Positions 19,434 to 28,787 of a stretch of 64,000 bases of DNA are shown piece after piece. The stretch is from the NCBI GenBank assembly GCA_030448025.1, contig JAUJNQ010000001.1, forward strand, positions 544,432 to 608,431, written 5' to 3'. Position 1 is the first letter of the stretch; every line of letters starts with the position of its first letter. This DNA is from Acidimicrobiales bacterium. GTDB lineage: Bacteria; Actinomycetota; Acidimicrobiia; Acidimicrobiales; GCA-2861595. Made by a program: the position numbers and the translations under genes. Below the pieces are notes generated by a model, which did not search any database, was not told the DNA's origin, and saw nothing but the letters and a program-made list of their open reading frames with translations.

Positions 19434-19533
19434 CCGGTTTGCGGTCTGCTGCCGCTGCCCGAGGTCGGCGGTTCTCGTACCGGATTCGAGGTCGTAACCG
19501 GCCGTTCACGGTTCCGGCTTACCCTGTCGTCTC

Positions 19534-20214
19534 GTGAGCACCCATGTCGTGCGGGTCTGGCTGCCCGACCGCCCAGGCGCGCTGGGCGCAGTGGCGAGCC
19601 GTATCGGCGCCGTGCGTGGTGACCTCATCGGCGTCGACATCCTCGAGCGGGGCGCCGGACGGGCGATCGACGAGCTCGTGGTGCATCTTCCGAGCGACGA
19701 CCTGGTTCCCCTCCTCGTCGCCGAGATGTCCGAGGTGGACGGCGTGGACGTGGAGGACGTGCGCCCGCTCCACGACACCGGCTTCGACGCTCGTGCTCAC
19801 TCTCTGGAGACGGCGGCGGCCTTGGTGGAGCAGCGCTCGGTCGAGGATCTCCTCGCCGTCCTGGCTCACCATGCCTGTCACGACTACGACGCCGACTGGG
19901 TGGTCCTGGTCGGCGAAGACGGCGCCGAGGTCCTCGGCGAGGGGGGTGAGGTGCCGCCCTCATCCTGGCTCCAGGCTTTCGTGGCCGGCAGTGGCGCTTC
20001 GGTGCACCCCAATGACGGAGACTGGGGCCCCGACGACGTGGCCTGGGCCGAACTTCCCTTCGTGGCCAAGACGATCGTCCTCGGGCGGGGGGGCCGCCCG
20101 TTGCGGGCCCGGGAGCGGCGGCAGCTCCTGGCCCTGGCCCGTATAGCGGGCGCCCGCTGGAGCGAGCTGGCCCCCAGCGACACGAACAGGCACCCGGCGC
20201 CCACCTCACGCTGA
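19534..20214 (+). CDS. ACT-domain protein
   Basis: N-terminus VVRVWLPDRPGALGAVASRIGAVRGDLIGVDIL matches the ACT fold pattern. The C-terminal region is uncharacterised. Confidence 0.6.
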   Translation: MSTHVVRVWLPDRPGALGAVASRIGAVRGDLIGVDILERGAGRAIDELVVHLPSDDLVPLLVAEMSEVDGVDVEDVRPLHDTGFDARAHSLETAAALVEQRSVEDLLAVLAHHACHDYDADWVVLVGEDGAEVLGEGGEVPPSSWLQAFVAGSGASVHPNDGDWGPDDVAWAELPFVAKTIVLGRGGRPLRARERRQLLALARIAGARWSELAPSDTNRHPAPTSR

Positions 20215-20307
20215 CACCGGCCGCGAGCCCGGCGCTGCCCTGCGTCTGGAGGACATCGCCCGTGGTTCCCGCCGGCTATGTCCTCCAGAGAGCGGCGTCG
20301 TCCGGCG

Positions 20308-21024
20308 TCAGGCTGTGTCGATGGCGAAGAAGCCCTCGGCGAGCGAGCCGTCGGGGAGGCCCGCCAGGGCGGCCACACCGGCGAACCAGCCTCGGAGGTT
20401 GGACTCCAGGGCAGCCGGGTCGGTGATCTGGCTCTGGTGGCAGCACAGCGCGCCGAGCTTGCGGTCGAACACGGCGGTGATGTCGACGAAGCGGTTGGGC
20501 TCGTGCGGCCCGGCCATGACCCACACCTCGGGGACGGTCCACGCCTCGTAACCCTCCACGGCCAGCTCGGGATGGGCAAAGGAGTTGCGGGCGTCGGGAT
20601 AGACGGCGCACAGCGCCGCCTCACCGGCGGCCAGGTGATCGGGATGGCTGGCATGGACTCGTTGCCAATTGCGCTCGGGTGACGAGCACAGGACACGCTG
20701 CGGGCGTACCCGGCGGATGACGCGGGCGATGTCGCGCCGCAGCTCGATGGAGGCCTGGAGCCGGCCGTCGGGGTAGCCCAGGAACACCACGTCGGAGACG
20801 CCCACCGCCTTGGCCGCCTCCTCCTGCTCCGCCCGGCGGATGGCGGGGATCTGGGCGCGGGGCACGTCGGGGTCGAAGCCTCCGGCATCGCCGTCGGTGG
20901 CGACGCAGTACGTGACTGCGATCCCGGAGTCGGTCCAGGTGGCCACCGTGCCGGCGGCGCCGAAGTCCACGTCGTCGGGGTGGGCGACGACCACCAGGGC
21001 ACGGGTCACCTCGTCTGCCGACAT
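20308..21024 (-). CDS. PIG-L/LmbE-family deacetylase (MshB-like)
   Basis: Contains VVVAHPDDVDFGAAGTVATW and HPDH motifs. Confidence 0.8.
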   Translation of the reverse strand: MSADEVTRALVVVAHPDDVDFGAAGTVATWTDSGIAVTYCVATDGDAGGFDPDVPRAQIPAIRRAEQEEAAKAVGVSDVVFLGYPDGRLQASIELRRDIARVIRRVRPQRVLCSSPERNWQRVHASHPDHLAAGEAALCAVYPDARNSFAHPELAVEGYEAWTVPEVWVMAGPHEPNRFVDITAVFDRKLGALCCHQSQITDPAALESNLRGWFAGVAALAGLPDGSLAEGFFAIDTA

Positions 21025-21046
21025 GGCCGCCGACCCTATCCGCCGG

Positions 21047-21625
21047 ATGGGAGTTCACCCGTACTCACAGCGGTGTAGTTACACTGACGCCATTCAGGGT
21101 CGCCTACTACCGAGCCCGTCCAGCACTCCCAGTTGCCTGGTGGGAGAGACGCTCGTCGTCACCGCCTCCGGCCTGGTGGCCCTGGAGCTGCTCCAGAAGA
21201 TGGCGGTCGCGCGTGACGAGCTCCCTGATGTGCTGTCCTACGACCGCAGGCATGAGCGGTGGGTGCTCCGCCAGATCAACGGGGCCTGGATGGCGGGGCG
21301 CACGAAGCGCCTCGTCGAAGTGCGAAGCGACGGCGGCCAGGTGCTGCGGTGCACGTCCGAGCACCGCTTCCTCACCCGAGAGGTCGGCTGGGCCGAGGCC
21401 CGCGAGCTGCGCCCCGGGGTCTCGCTGCATGGAATGGGCAGGGGGCGGGTGGAGGCGGTCGAGCCCGTCATCGTGGACGACGCCGTCCCCGTGTTCGACC
21501 TCGAGGTCGAAGGCACCCACAACTTCACCGTCACCAACGACGGCTCCGGGGTCGATCATCCCGTGGTAGTCCACAACAGCGGCGGCTTGATCGGTCGGAA
21601 TCCCTTGCGTGGGGCCGGAGCTTAA
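21047..21625 (+). CDS. Stand-alone mini-intein (Hint domain) ORF with minimal flanks
   Basis: The Hint core at 21134-21577 (148 aa) has block A CLVGETLVV, block B LRCTSEHRFL, block F VFDLEVEGTHNFTV and block G VVVHN followed by +1 Ser. Only about 29 aa precede it and 15 aa follow. Start and expression are uncertain. Confidence 0.6.
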   Translation: MGVHPYSQRCSYTDAIQGRLLPSPSSTPSCLVGETLVVTASGLVALELLQKMAVARDELPDVLSYDRRHERWVLRQINGAWMAGRTKRLVEVRSDGGQVLRCTSEHRFLTREVGWAEARELRPGVSLHGMGRGRVEAVEPVIVDDAVPVFDLEVEGTHNFTVTNDGSGVDHPVVVHNSGGLIGRNPLRGAGA

Positions 21626-21724
21626 ATTACAGTCCTGTAGTACTCACCACATCTTGGGGCCCGCCTCATCTACCGACACAACCAGTGGTAGGTAAGGCCT
21701 CAACGAGCAGGAAGGTTACATACC

Positions 21725-24700
21725 ATGGCCATCGCGCCCGAGCGCATGGGAATCGGCATCCGTCGCCACTTCACCACCCCCGGGGTCCATCCCTACGACG
21801 AGGTCACCTGGGAGCGTCGGGACGCTCGCATCACCAACTTCGCCGACGGAAGCGTGGCCTTCGAGCAGCTCGGTGTGGAGGTGCCCTCCACGTGGAGCGT
21901 CAACGCCACCAACATCTTGGCCCAGAAGTACTTCCGCGGCGCCCCCGGCTCGTCCGAGCGGGAATGGTCGCTCAAGCAGGTTGCCGACCGGGTGGCCGAC
22001 ACCATCACCGCTTGGGGCGTGAAGAACGGCTATTTCGTGGACGGCGAGGAATCGGACGCCTTCAATGCCGAGCTCAAGCACCTCGTCGTCAACCAGAAGG
22101 CGGCGTTCAACTCGCCGGTGTGGTTCAACATCGGTGTCCCGGGGCGGAGCCAGCAGGCGTCGGCGTGCCAGCCCTACGACGCCTTGGTGAGCACGCCGGA
22201 TGGCCTGGTGCCAATCGGCAAGCTCGTCGAGGACGGTGCCATTGGAACGAAGGTCTTCGACGCTCGGGGTCTCACCAAGGTAGAAGCGGTAAAGACCAAC
22301 GGCCGAAAGCGCGTCTTGCGCATCCACACCAAGGCGGGGCATGCCCTCGACGTCACCCCCGATCACCTCGTGTGGCGGCGATGGGGTGGAGTGAGCGGCA
22401 GCTTCGTCCCGGCCGGTGATCTTCGACCCAACGACAAGCTGCAGTGGGTCCGTCACCAGAGTCACGGCGCAGGGGAGATCACCTCGCGAGCCGTGGCCGA
22501 GGCTGCCCTTGCCGGATGGTTGCAATCCGACGGCTTCGTGGGCCAGTACGAGGGTACGAACAAGTCGCTCACCATCGAGGCCATGACGGTGAACGACGCA
22601 GAGTACGAGTGGGTGCTATCGGCGATCGACACCGTCTTTCCTGGCGTTCACCGCCACATCAGGCCGGTTGCCACGAAGGACACGTCACTCGACTGCAATC
22701 GGATTCGACTCTACGGCAACGGCCTGTCCCAGTTCGTCGAGACCTGGGGATTGCGGGCACGCGGCGTCGACATGCAGGTCCCGGCCCATCTGTTCACCGC
22801 CCCGCTTCCTGTGGTCGCGGCCTATCTACGCAGCCTGTTCCAAGCGGAGGGCTACGTCTCGTTCAAGCCGAGTTCCTCAGTCATCGGCTTCGACATGATC
22901 TCCGCAGGGATCGTGCGTGGCGCGCAATCCCTTCTCAGTAGGTTCGGGATCTTTTCCCGAGTCCGACTCAAGGCCGATTCACGTCCGAACAGGAAGGACT
23001 GCTGGCACCTGGCCATTCAGAACGTCACCGACCGGTGGACGTTCGCCGACGAGGTGGGCTTCATCGACCCGGTCAAGACGGCCAAGCTGGAAGCGACGTT
23101 CGACATGCCCGGGAGGTCGGCAGGGGATATCAAGCACCTGGAGATCGGCCGCGTCGAAGATCTCGGGGAGATGGAGGTCTATGACATCCAGACCGAGAGC
23201 GGCGAGTACCTGAGCGGCAGCCTCCGGGTACACAACTGCTTCATCCTCTCCGTCGAGGACTCGATGCGCGAGATCCTCAACTGGTACGCCGAGGAGGGGA
23301 TCATCTTCAAGGGCGGCTCGGGCTCGGGGGTCAACCTGAGCAAGATCCGCTCCTCGAAGGAAACCCTCAAGGGGGGAGGAACGGCCTCAGGCCCGGTGAG
23401 CTTCATGCGTGGCGCCGACGCCTCGGCGGGCACCATCAAGAGCGGGGGCACCACCCGCCGGGCGGCCAAGATGGTGATCCTCAACGTCGACCATCCCGAC
23501 GTGGAGGACTTCATCTGGTGCAAGGCCATCGAGGAGCGCAAGGCCCGGGCGCTCCGCGATGCCGGGTTCGACATGGACCTCGACGGCAAGGACAGCTATT
23601 CCATCCAGTACCAGAACGCCAACAACTCGGTGCGGTTGAGCGACGAGTTCATGCAGGCGGTGGTGGACGACGCCGACTGGCACCTGAAGGCGGTCACCAC
23701 CGGCGAGGTACTGGAGACGGTGAAGGCCCGGGACCTGTTCGCCCAGATCGCCAAGGCGGCATGGGAATGCGCCGACCCTGGCGTGCAGTACGACACCACC
23801 ATCAACCGCTGGCACACGCTGCACGCCACGGGCCGGATCAACGGCTCCAACCCGTGTAGCGAGTACCTTAGCGTCGATAACTCAGCTTGTAATCTGGCCA
23901 GCCTCAACTTGCTGCGGTACATGGAGGAGGGGGGCACCTTCGACGTGGAGGGCTTCAAGGCCAGCGTCGAGGTCCTGTTCACGGCCCAGGAGATCCTGGT
24001 CGGGATGTCCGACTATCCCACCGAGAAGATTGATCAGAACGCCCGCCGTTTCCGCCAGCTCGGCATCGGCTACGCCAACCTGGGGGCGCTGCTCATGTCC
24101 CAGGGCATGGCGTACGACTCCGACGACGGGCGGGCCTACGCCGCCGCCATCACCGCCCTGATGACGGGCCAGGCCTACGCCACTTCGGCCCGCACCGCGG
24201 CTCGCATGGGGCCCTTCGCCGGCTACACCGAGAACGCCGAGCACATGCTCCGGGTGCTGCGCATGCACCGCGACGAGGTGGCCAAGGTCGACGAGGAGCA
24301 GGTGCCCACGGAGCTGCTGTCGGCAGCTCAGGAGGTCTGGGACCACGCCGTCGAGGAGGCCGAGCGCCACGGCGTGCGCAACTCCCAGGCCTCGGTTCTC
24401 GCTCCGACTGGAACCATAAGTTTTCTCCTCGACTGTGACACCACCGGCGTGGAGCCCGACCTCGGCTTGGTGAAGACGAAGAAGCTGGTGGGGGGAGGAA
24501 CGATGTCCATCGTCAACCACACCGTGCCCCGCGCCCTACGCCAGCTGGGGTACACCGACGATGACGTGGCCGCCGTCGTCAGCTACCTCGACGAGCACAA
24601 GACCATCATGGGTGCGCCCGCGCTCAAGGCCGAGCACCTGCCCGTCTTCGCCTGCTCCATGGGTGAGAACTACATCCACTACCTCGGTCACGTGCGGATG

Positions 24701-25603
24701 ATGGCCGCCGTGCAGCCGTTCATCTCGGGGGCTCTTTCAAAAACTGTGAACGTTCCCGAGGAGGCAACCGTCGAGGACATCGAGCAGCTCTACCTCGACT
24801 CCTGGCAGATGGGCATCAAGGCGCTGGCCGTGTACCGGGACAACTGCAAGGTGGCCCAGCCCCTTTCCACGGTGAGGAAGGGCACGGCCTCCGACGGCAC
24901 TCCCTCGTCCGAGGCCGAGGCCCACGACCAGGAGCTGGCCATCAAGGTGGCCGAGCTGGAGAAGGCCCTCGACCGCCAGACCGTGGTGGTGAAGCAGCCC
25001 ATCCGCGAGCGCCTGCCCCGCCGGCGCCAGTCGGCAACCTTCGCCTTCCGGGTGGCCGACTGCGAGGGCTACGTCACCGTGGGCGAGTACGACGACGGCC
25101 GCCCCGGCGAGGTGTTCGTGAAGGTGTCCAAGCAGGGCTCCACCCTGGCCGGCGTCATGGACGCCTTCTCCATCTCCATCTCGCTCGGGCTCCAGCACGG
25201 CGTGCCGCTCAAGACCTACGTCCAGAAGTACACCAACATGCGCTTCGAGCCCGCCGGCATGACCGACGATCCCGACCTGCGCATAGCGGCGTCGCTGATG
25301 GACTACATCTTCCGCCGCCTGGCCGTGGACTACCTGGCGCTCGAAGAGCGCAGAGAGCTCGGCATCCTCACCACCGACGAGCGAACCCAGCCCACGCTCC
25401 CGGGCGTGGAGGAGGGCGCCACGCCATCGGAAGGTGTGGTTCACGCACCGGCACCCGAGAGCACGAAGGAGCCGAAGGCGACGAGGACACCGGCGGCAGT
25501 CGGCAAGGACGCCCCCTTCTGCTACTCCTGCGGCGTGGAGATGCAGCGGGCCGGCAGCTGCTACGCCTGCGGGAGCTGCGGCTCCACCAGCGGCTGCTCG
25601 TAG
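21725..25603 (+). CDS. nrdJ: Class II (adenosylcobalamin-dependent) ribonucleotide reductase, intein-containing
   Basis: 1292 aa with FNSPVWFN, (intein)CFILSVEDSM, KGGSGSGVNLS, GSNPCSEY and a C-terminal Cys cluster CYSCG...CYACGSCGS. AGGAAGG lies upstream of the ATG. Confidence 0.95.
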   Translation: MAIAPERMGIGIRRHFTTPGVHPYDEVTWERRDARITNFADGSVAFEQLGVEVPSTWSVNATNILAQKYFRGAPGSSEREWSLKQVADRVADTITAWGVKNGYFVDGEESDAFNAELKHLVVNQKAAFNSPVWFNIGVPGRSQQASACQPYDALVSTPDGLVPIGKLVEDGAIGTKVFDARGLTKVEAVKTNGRKRVLRIHTKAGHALDVTPDHLVWRRWGGVSGSFVPAGDLRPNDKLQWVRHQSHGAGEITSRAVAEAALAGWLQSDGFVGQYEGTNKSLTIEAMTVNDAEYEWVLSAIDTVFPGVHRHIRPVATKDTSLDCNRIRLYGNGLSQFVETWGLRARGVDMQVPAHLFTAPLPVVAAYLRSLFQAEGYVSFKPSSSVIGFDMISAGIVRGAQSLLSRFGIFSRVRLKADSRPNRKDCWHLAIQNVTDRWTFADEVGFIDPVKTAKLEATFDMPGRSAGDIKHLEIGRVEDLGEMEVYDIQTESGEYLSGSLRVHNCFILSVEDSMREILNWYAEEGIIFKGGSGSGVNLSKIRSSKETLKGGGTASGPVSFMRGADASAGTIKSGGTTRRAAKMVILNVDHPDVEDFIWCKAIEERKARALRDAGFDMDLDGKDSYSIQYQNANNSVRLSDEFMQAVVDDADWHLKAVTTGEVLETVKARDLFAQIAKAAWECADPGVQYDTTINRWHTLHATGRINGSNPCSEYLSVDNSACNLASLNLLRYMEEGGTFDVEGFKASVEVLFTAQEILVGMSDYPTEKIDQNARRFRQLGIGYANLGALLMSQGMAYDSDDGRAYAAAITALMTGQAYATSARTAARMGPFAGYTENAEHMLRVLRMHRDEVAKVDEEQVPTELLSAAQEVWDHAVEEAERHGVRNSQASVLAPTGTISFLLDCDTTGVEPDLGLVKTKKLVGGGTMSIVNHTVPRALRQLGYTDDDVAAVVSYLDEHKTIMGAPALKAEHLPVFACSMGENYIHYLGHVRMMAAVQPFISGALSKTVNVPEEATVEDIEQLYLDSWQMGIKALAVYRDNCKVAQPLSTVRKGTASDGTPSSEAEAHDQELAIKVAELEKALDRQTVVVKQPIRERLPRRRQSATFAFRVADCEGYVTVGEYDDGRPGEVFVKVSKQGSTLAGVMDAFSISISLGLQHGVPLKTYVQKYTNMRFEPAGMTDDPDLRIAASLMDYIFRRLAVDYLALEERRELGILTTDERTQPTLPGVEEGATPSEGVVHAPAPESTKEPKATRTPAAVGKDAPFCYSCGVEMQRAGSCYACGSCGSTSGCS
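22166..23236 (+). mobile_element. Intein with LAGLIDADG homing-endonuclease domain inside nrdJ
   Basis: A 357-aa insertion between ...QQASA and CFILSV. It starts CQPYDALVSTPDG and has block B LDVTPDH. Two LAGLIDADG motifs are present (LAGWLQSDGFVG and VAAYLRSLFQAEGYVS). It ends SLRVHN, followed by Cys +1. Confidence 0.9.
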
Positions 25604-25619
25604 TCCCCGAGGACAGCCG

Positions 25620-25667
25620 TTCTGTCACCCGGAACCGACCGTCTGGCGTCGATTCTGGGTGACAGAA
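25620..25667 (+). terminator. Inverted repeat after nrdJ (candidate terminator or alternative hairpins)
   Basis: TTCTGTCACCC (25620-25630) pairs with GGGTGACAGAA (25657-25667). A competing local hairpin GATTCTG-GGTGA-CAGAATC overlaps it. There is no U-tract. Confidence 0.3.
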
Positions 25668-25697
25668 TCGTCGTTAGACGCGTCCACGTGGGGATCG

Positions 25698-26743
25698 GTG
25701 CCGCTTTACGAGATCACCGAAAACGGCCTGGTCCGGCACGAGAGTGAGTCCTTCAGCGCTTGAGCTTTACGAGCGGGCGGACCTGCAGCGACCTACGAGG
25801 GACGACATCAGCGTTTTCGACGACCAGCTGCTCGTCGTCGCTGAAGAGTTCGGACAGTGGGAGGATGCCCGAAGGCGGATCGACCTGCTGGCGGTCGACC
25901 GGCACGGTCATCTTGTCGTCATCGAGCTGAAGCGCACCGACGAGGGGGGCACATGGACCTCCAGGCGGTTCGGTATGCGGCGATGGTGTCAGACATGCGC
26001 TTCGAGCACATCGTCGACGCCTTCGCAAACCATGTAGCGAAACATCGGCCTCAAGAGGACATCGACGCTCGCGCGTGAGCTATCTCGACTGGTTGTCCGC
26101 CGGTGAAGATGAGGATGCCGTCATCATCGACGGACGTGCGCATCATCCTCGTTTCGGCTGACTTCGGCCGGGAGATCACCACCGCCGTTCTGTGGCTGAA
26201 CCGCTTCGAGGGCATGGACATTCGATGCGTGCGTCTGGTCCCCTATCGGCTCGACAATCGAGTGCTGCTCGATATCCAACAGGTCCTGCCCCTGCCAGAG
26301 GCGGCCGATTACCAGGTACAGGTCCGGCGGAAACAGAACCAGCAGGAGCGGGTGAGCAGCGGCGGGCGGGACCACACCCGCTATCAGATAGTGGTTGACG
26401 GCGACGCGTTGCCGGAGCAGAAGAAGCGGCACGCCGTCCGGGTGATGGTTCAGCAGTTGGTCGAGCGTGGCGTTCCGCCCGCCTGATCGGCGAGAAGCTC
26501 GGTCCCCGCCGCTTCCGCTCCGTCGTGGGCGAAGCGGGCGACCGGGACGCTCTGGTGGCGGCCTTCCGAGACGCCGACCCCCGTTTCGACCCGGTGCGCT
26601 GGTTCGTCGATTATCCGATCTGCCAGGACGGGCGGACGTGGGTCTTGAGCAATCAGTGGGGTACCCAAACCGAAGGTACCCTCCGTGCTCTCTCTCAGGC
26701 CTTCCCGGCGGCGAAGGTCACGTTTCGGCCTGCTGGTAGCTGA
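25698..26743 (+). pseudogene. PD-(D/E)xK (NucS/RecB-like fold) nuclease-family gene, multiply frameshifted
   Basis: The pieces VPLYEITENGLVRHE..., ...LVVAEEFGQWEDARRRIDLLAVDRHGHLVVIELKRTDEGG, HMDLQAVRYAAMVSDMRFE..., DVRIILVSADFGREITTAVLWLN...DIRCVRLVPY... and ...RWFVDYPICQDGRTWVLSNQWG lie in different frames. Breaks occur near 25750, 25944-25949 (G6), 26070, 26135 and 26475. GC looks lower than in the flanks. Confidence 0.65.
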
Positions 26744-26880
26744 CCCGGTTCGCTCTCATCTCTCGGCACCAGCAGGCCGCCGCGGCAACGGCCTGGAGGG
26801 GCCGTGCTGACCGAGGGCGTGCTCGCCTCTGTGAGGCACGGTTACCGACTTCTCCTCCGCTGGGCGTCAGAGAAGGAGAG

Positions 26881-28730
26881 CTACCGCGGGTCGGTCTCGG
26901 CCAGCTTGCGAGCAGCGTCGGCGATCGACTCGGCGTCGATGCCGGAGTCCTTGATCAGCTCCTTGGAGGGGGCGGATCCAGGCATCTTGCGCACCGCGAT
27001 CTTGACCACACGAGAGGTCAGCTCGTTGTCGGCCAGCGCCTCGAGCACGGCGTCTCCGAGGCCGCCCTCGGGCCAGTGGTCCTCCACCGTGATGAGCCGT
27101 CCGCCAGTGTCCTGGACCGCCTCCCGCAAGGCGTCGACGTCGATGGGCTTGATGGAGTAGGCGTCGATGACCCGCACCGCGAGGCCCTCTCCGTCGAGCG
27201 TCTCGGCCGCCTCCAGCGCCTCGTGCACGCAGACGCCGGCGGCCACGATGGCCACCTTGTCGTCGTCGGAGCGTCGGGCCACATGAGCGCCGCCCACATG
27301 GAACTCCTCGTCCGGCTCGTAGATCACCGGCAACGAGGGGCGGGAGGTGCGCAGGTAGCGGACACCCTTCAGGTCGGCCATCTGCCACACGAGCTGCGCC
27401 GTCTGGTTGGCGTCGGAGGGGTGGAGCACCGTGCTGCCGTGGATGGCGCGGAACATGGCCATGTCCTCGAGGCCCATCTGCGACGCCCCGTCCTCGCCGA
27501 TGGACACGCCGGCGTGGGAGCCGCACAGGTTGAGGTCCGCCCCGCTGATGGAGGCCATGCGGATGAAGTCGTAGGCCCGGCTCCAGAAGGCGGCGAAGGT
27601 GGAGGCGTAGGGCACCCAGCCCCGCACCTGGATGCCCGTGGCGGCGGCTGCCATGAGCTGCTCGGCGATGTACATCTCGAAGTACCGGCCCGGATGGGCC
27701 AAGGTGAACATCTCGGCATGGGTGGAGTTGCTGATCTCACCGTCAAGGCAGACCACGTCGCCCCGATGGCTCCCGAGGGCGGTGAGGGCCTGGCCGTAGG
27801 CCTTGCGGGTGGCCACCTCCTCGCCCACCTTGAACGTGGGCAGCTCGGCCCCGGCCACCTCGAAGAAGTGGGGCGCCTGGTCGGTCATGGGCATGTTCAC
27901 CTGCACCGAGATGTCCGTTTCGCCGCCGAGGTCCTTGATGGCCGTCTCCTCGTCCTTGACCGGCTTGCCGTGGGCGTTGTTGCGGTCCTCCACCTCGGTG
28001 ACGCCCTTGCCCTTTATCGTCTTGGCGATGATGACGGTTGGCCGGCCGGGAGTGCCGACGGCCTCGGAGTAGGCGTCGTCGATGGCCTCGACATCGTGGC
28101 CGTCGATCACGATGGCCTTCCAGCCAAAGGCCTCGGCCGGTCGCACGAAGGCGTCGACGTCCCACTGGTGCATGGTGTAGCCCCGCTGGCCAAGGCGGTT
28201 GACGTCGATGATGGTGGTGAGGTTGTCGAGCTGGAAATGGCCGGCATGCTCGAAGGCTTCCCACATGGAGCCCTCGGTCATCTCGCTGTCACCACACAGC
28301 ACCCAGACCCGGTAGGGCAGGTAGTCGAGCTGCTTGCCCGCCAGGGCTATGCCCACCCCGACCGGCAGGCCCTGTCCCAGCGAGCCGGTGGCCACGTCCA
28401 CGTAGGGCAGGGCGCTGGGCATGGGGTGACCGGGGAGACGGCTGCCGAGCTTGCGGTAGGTCATCAGCTCGTCGTTGTCGATGGCGCCCGCCGCCCGGTA
28501 CATGGCGTAGAGCAGGGTGAGGCGTGGCCCTTGGAGAAGATGAGGTGGTCGTTGTTGGGGTTCTCGGGCTCGTCGAAGTCGTAGTGGAGGTGCTTGCTCA
28601 TGAGCACGGCCATGAGGTCCGCGGCTGACAGGGAAGAGGTGGGATGGCCCGACGCAGCAGTCGAGCTCGTACGGATGGAGTCGACGCGGAACTGGCGGGC
28701 CAGCTCTTGCCACTGCTCGAAGTCACTCAT
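26881..28730 (-). pseudogene. tkt: Transketolase with a single -1 frameshift
   Basis: The N-terminal ORF ends ...DHLIFSKGHASP and the main ORF resumes LLYAMYRAAGAI...GHP...GSLGQGL. The junction is a C3 run (28515-28517) where C4 would restore GHASPLLYAM. This could be a sequencing error. Confidence 0.85.
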
Positions 28731-28787
28731 GAAAACGCCTCCCTCTGGTGAGGTCGCTGGTCCGGCAGCCACCCTGTTCGGCCCATC

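Noticed and set aside
21626-21724. NrdR boxes or a cobalamin riboswitch upstream of nrdJ
   Set aside because: CCACATCTTGGGG (21647-21659) and ACACAACCAGTGG (21676-21688) are only weakly palindromic, and their half-site spacing does not fit the 16-bp NrdR box as I remember it. No B12-box was seen. A motif scan is needed before calling anything.
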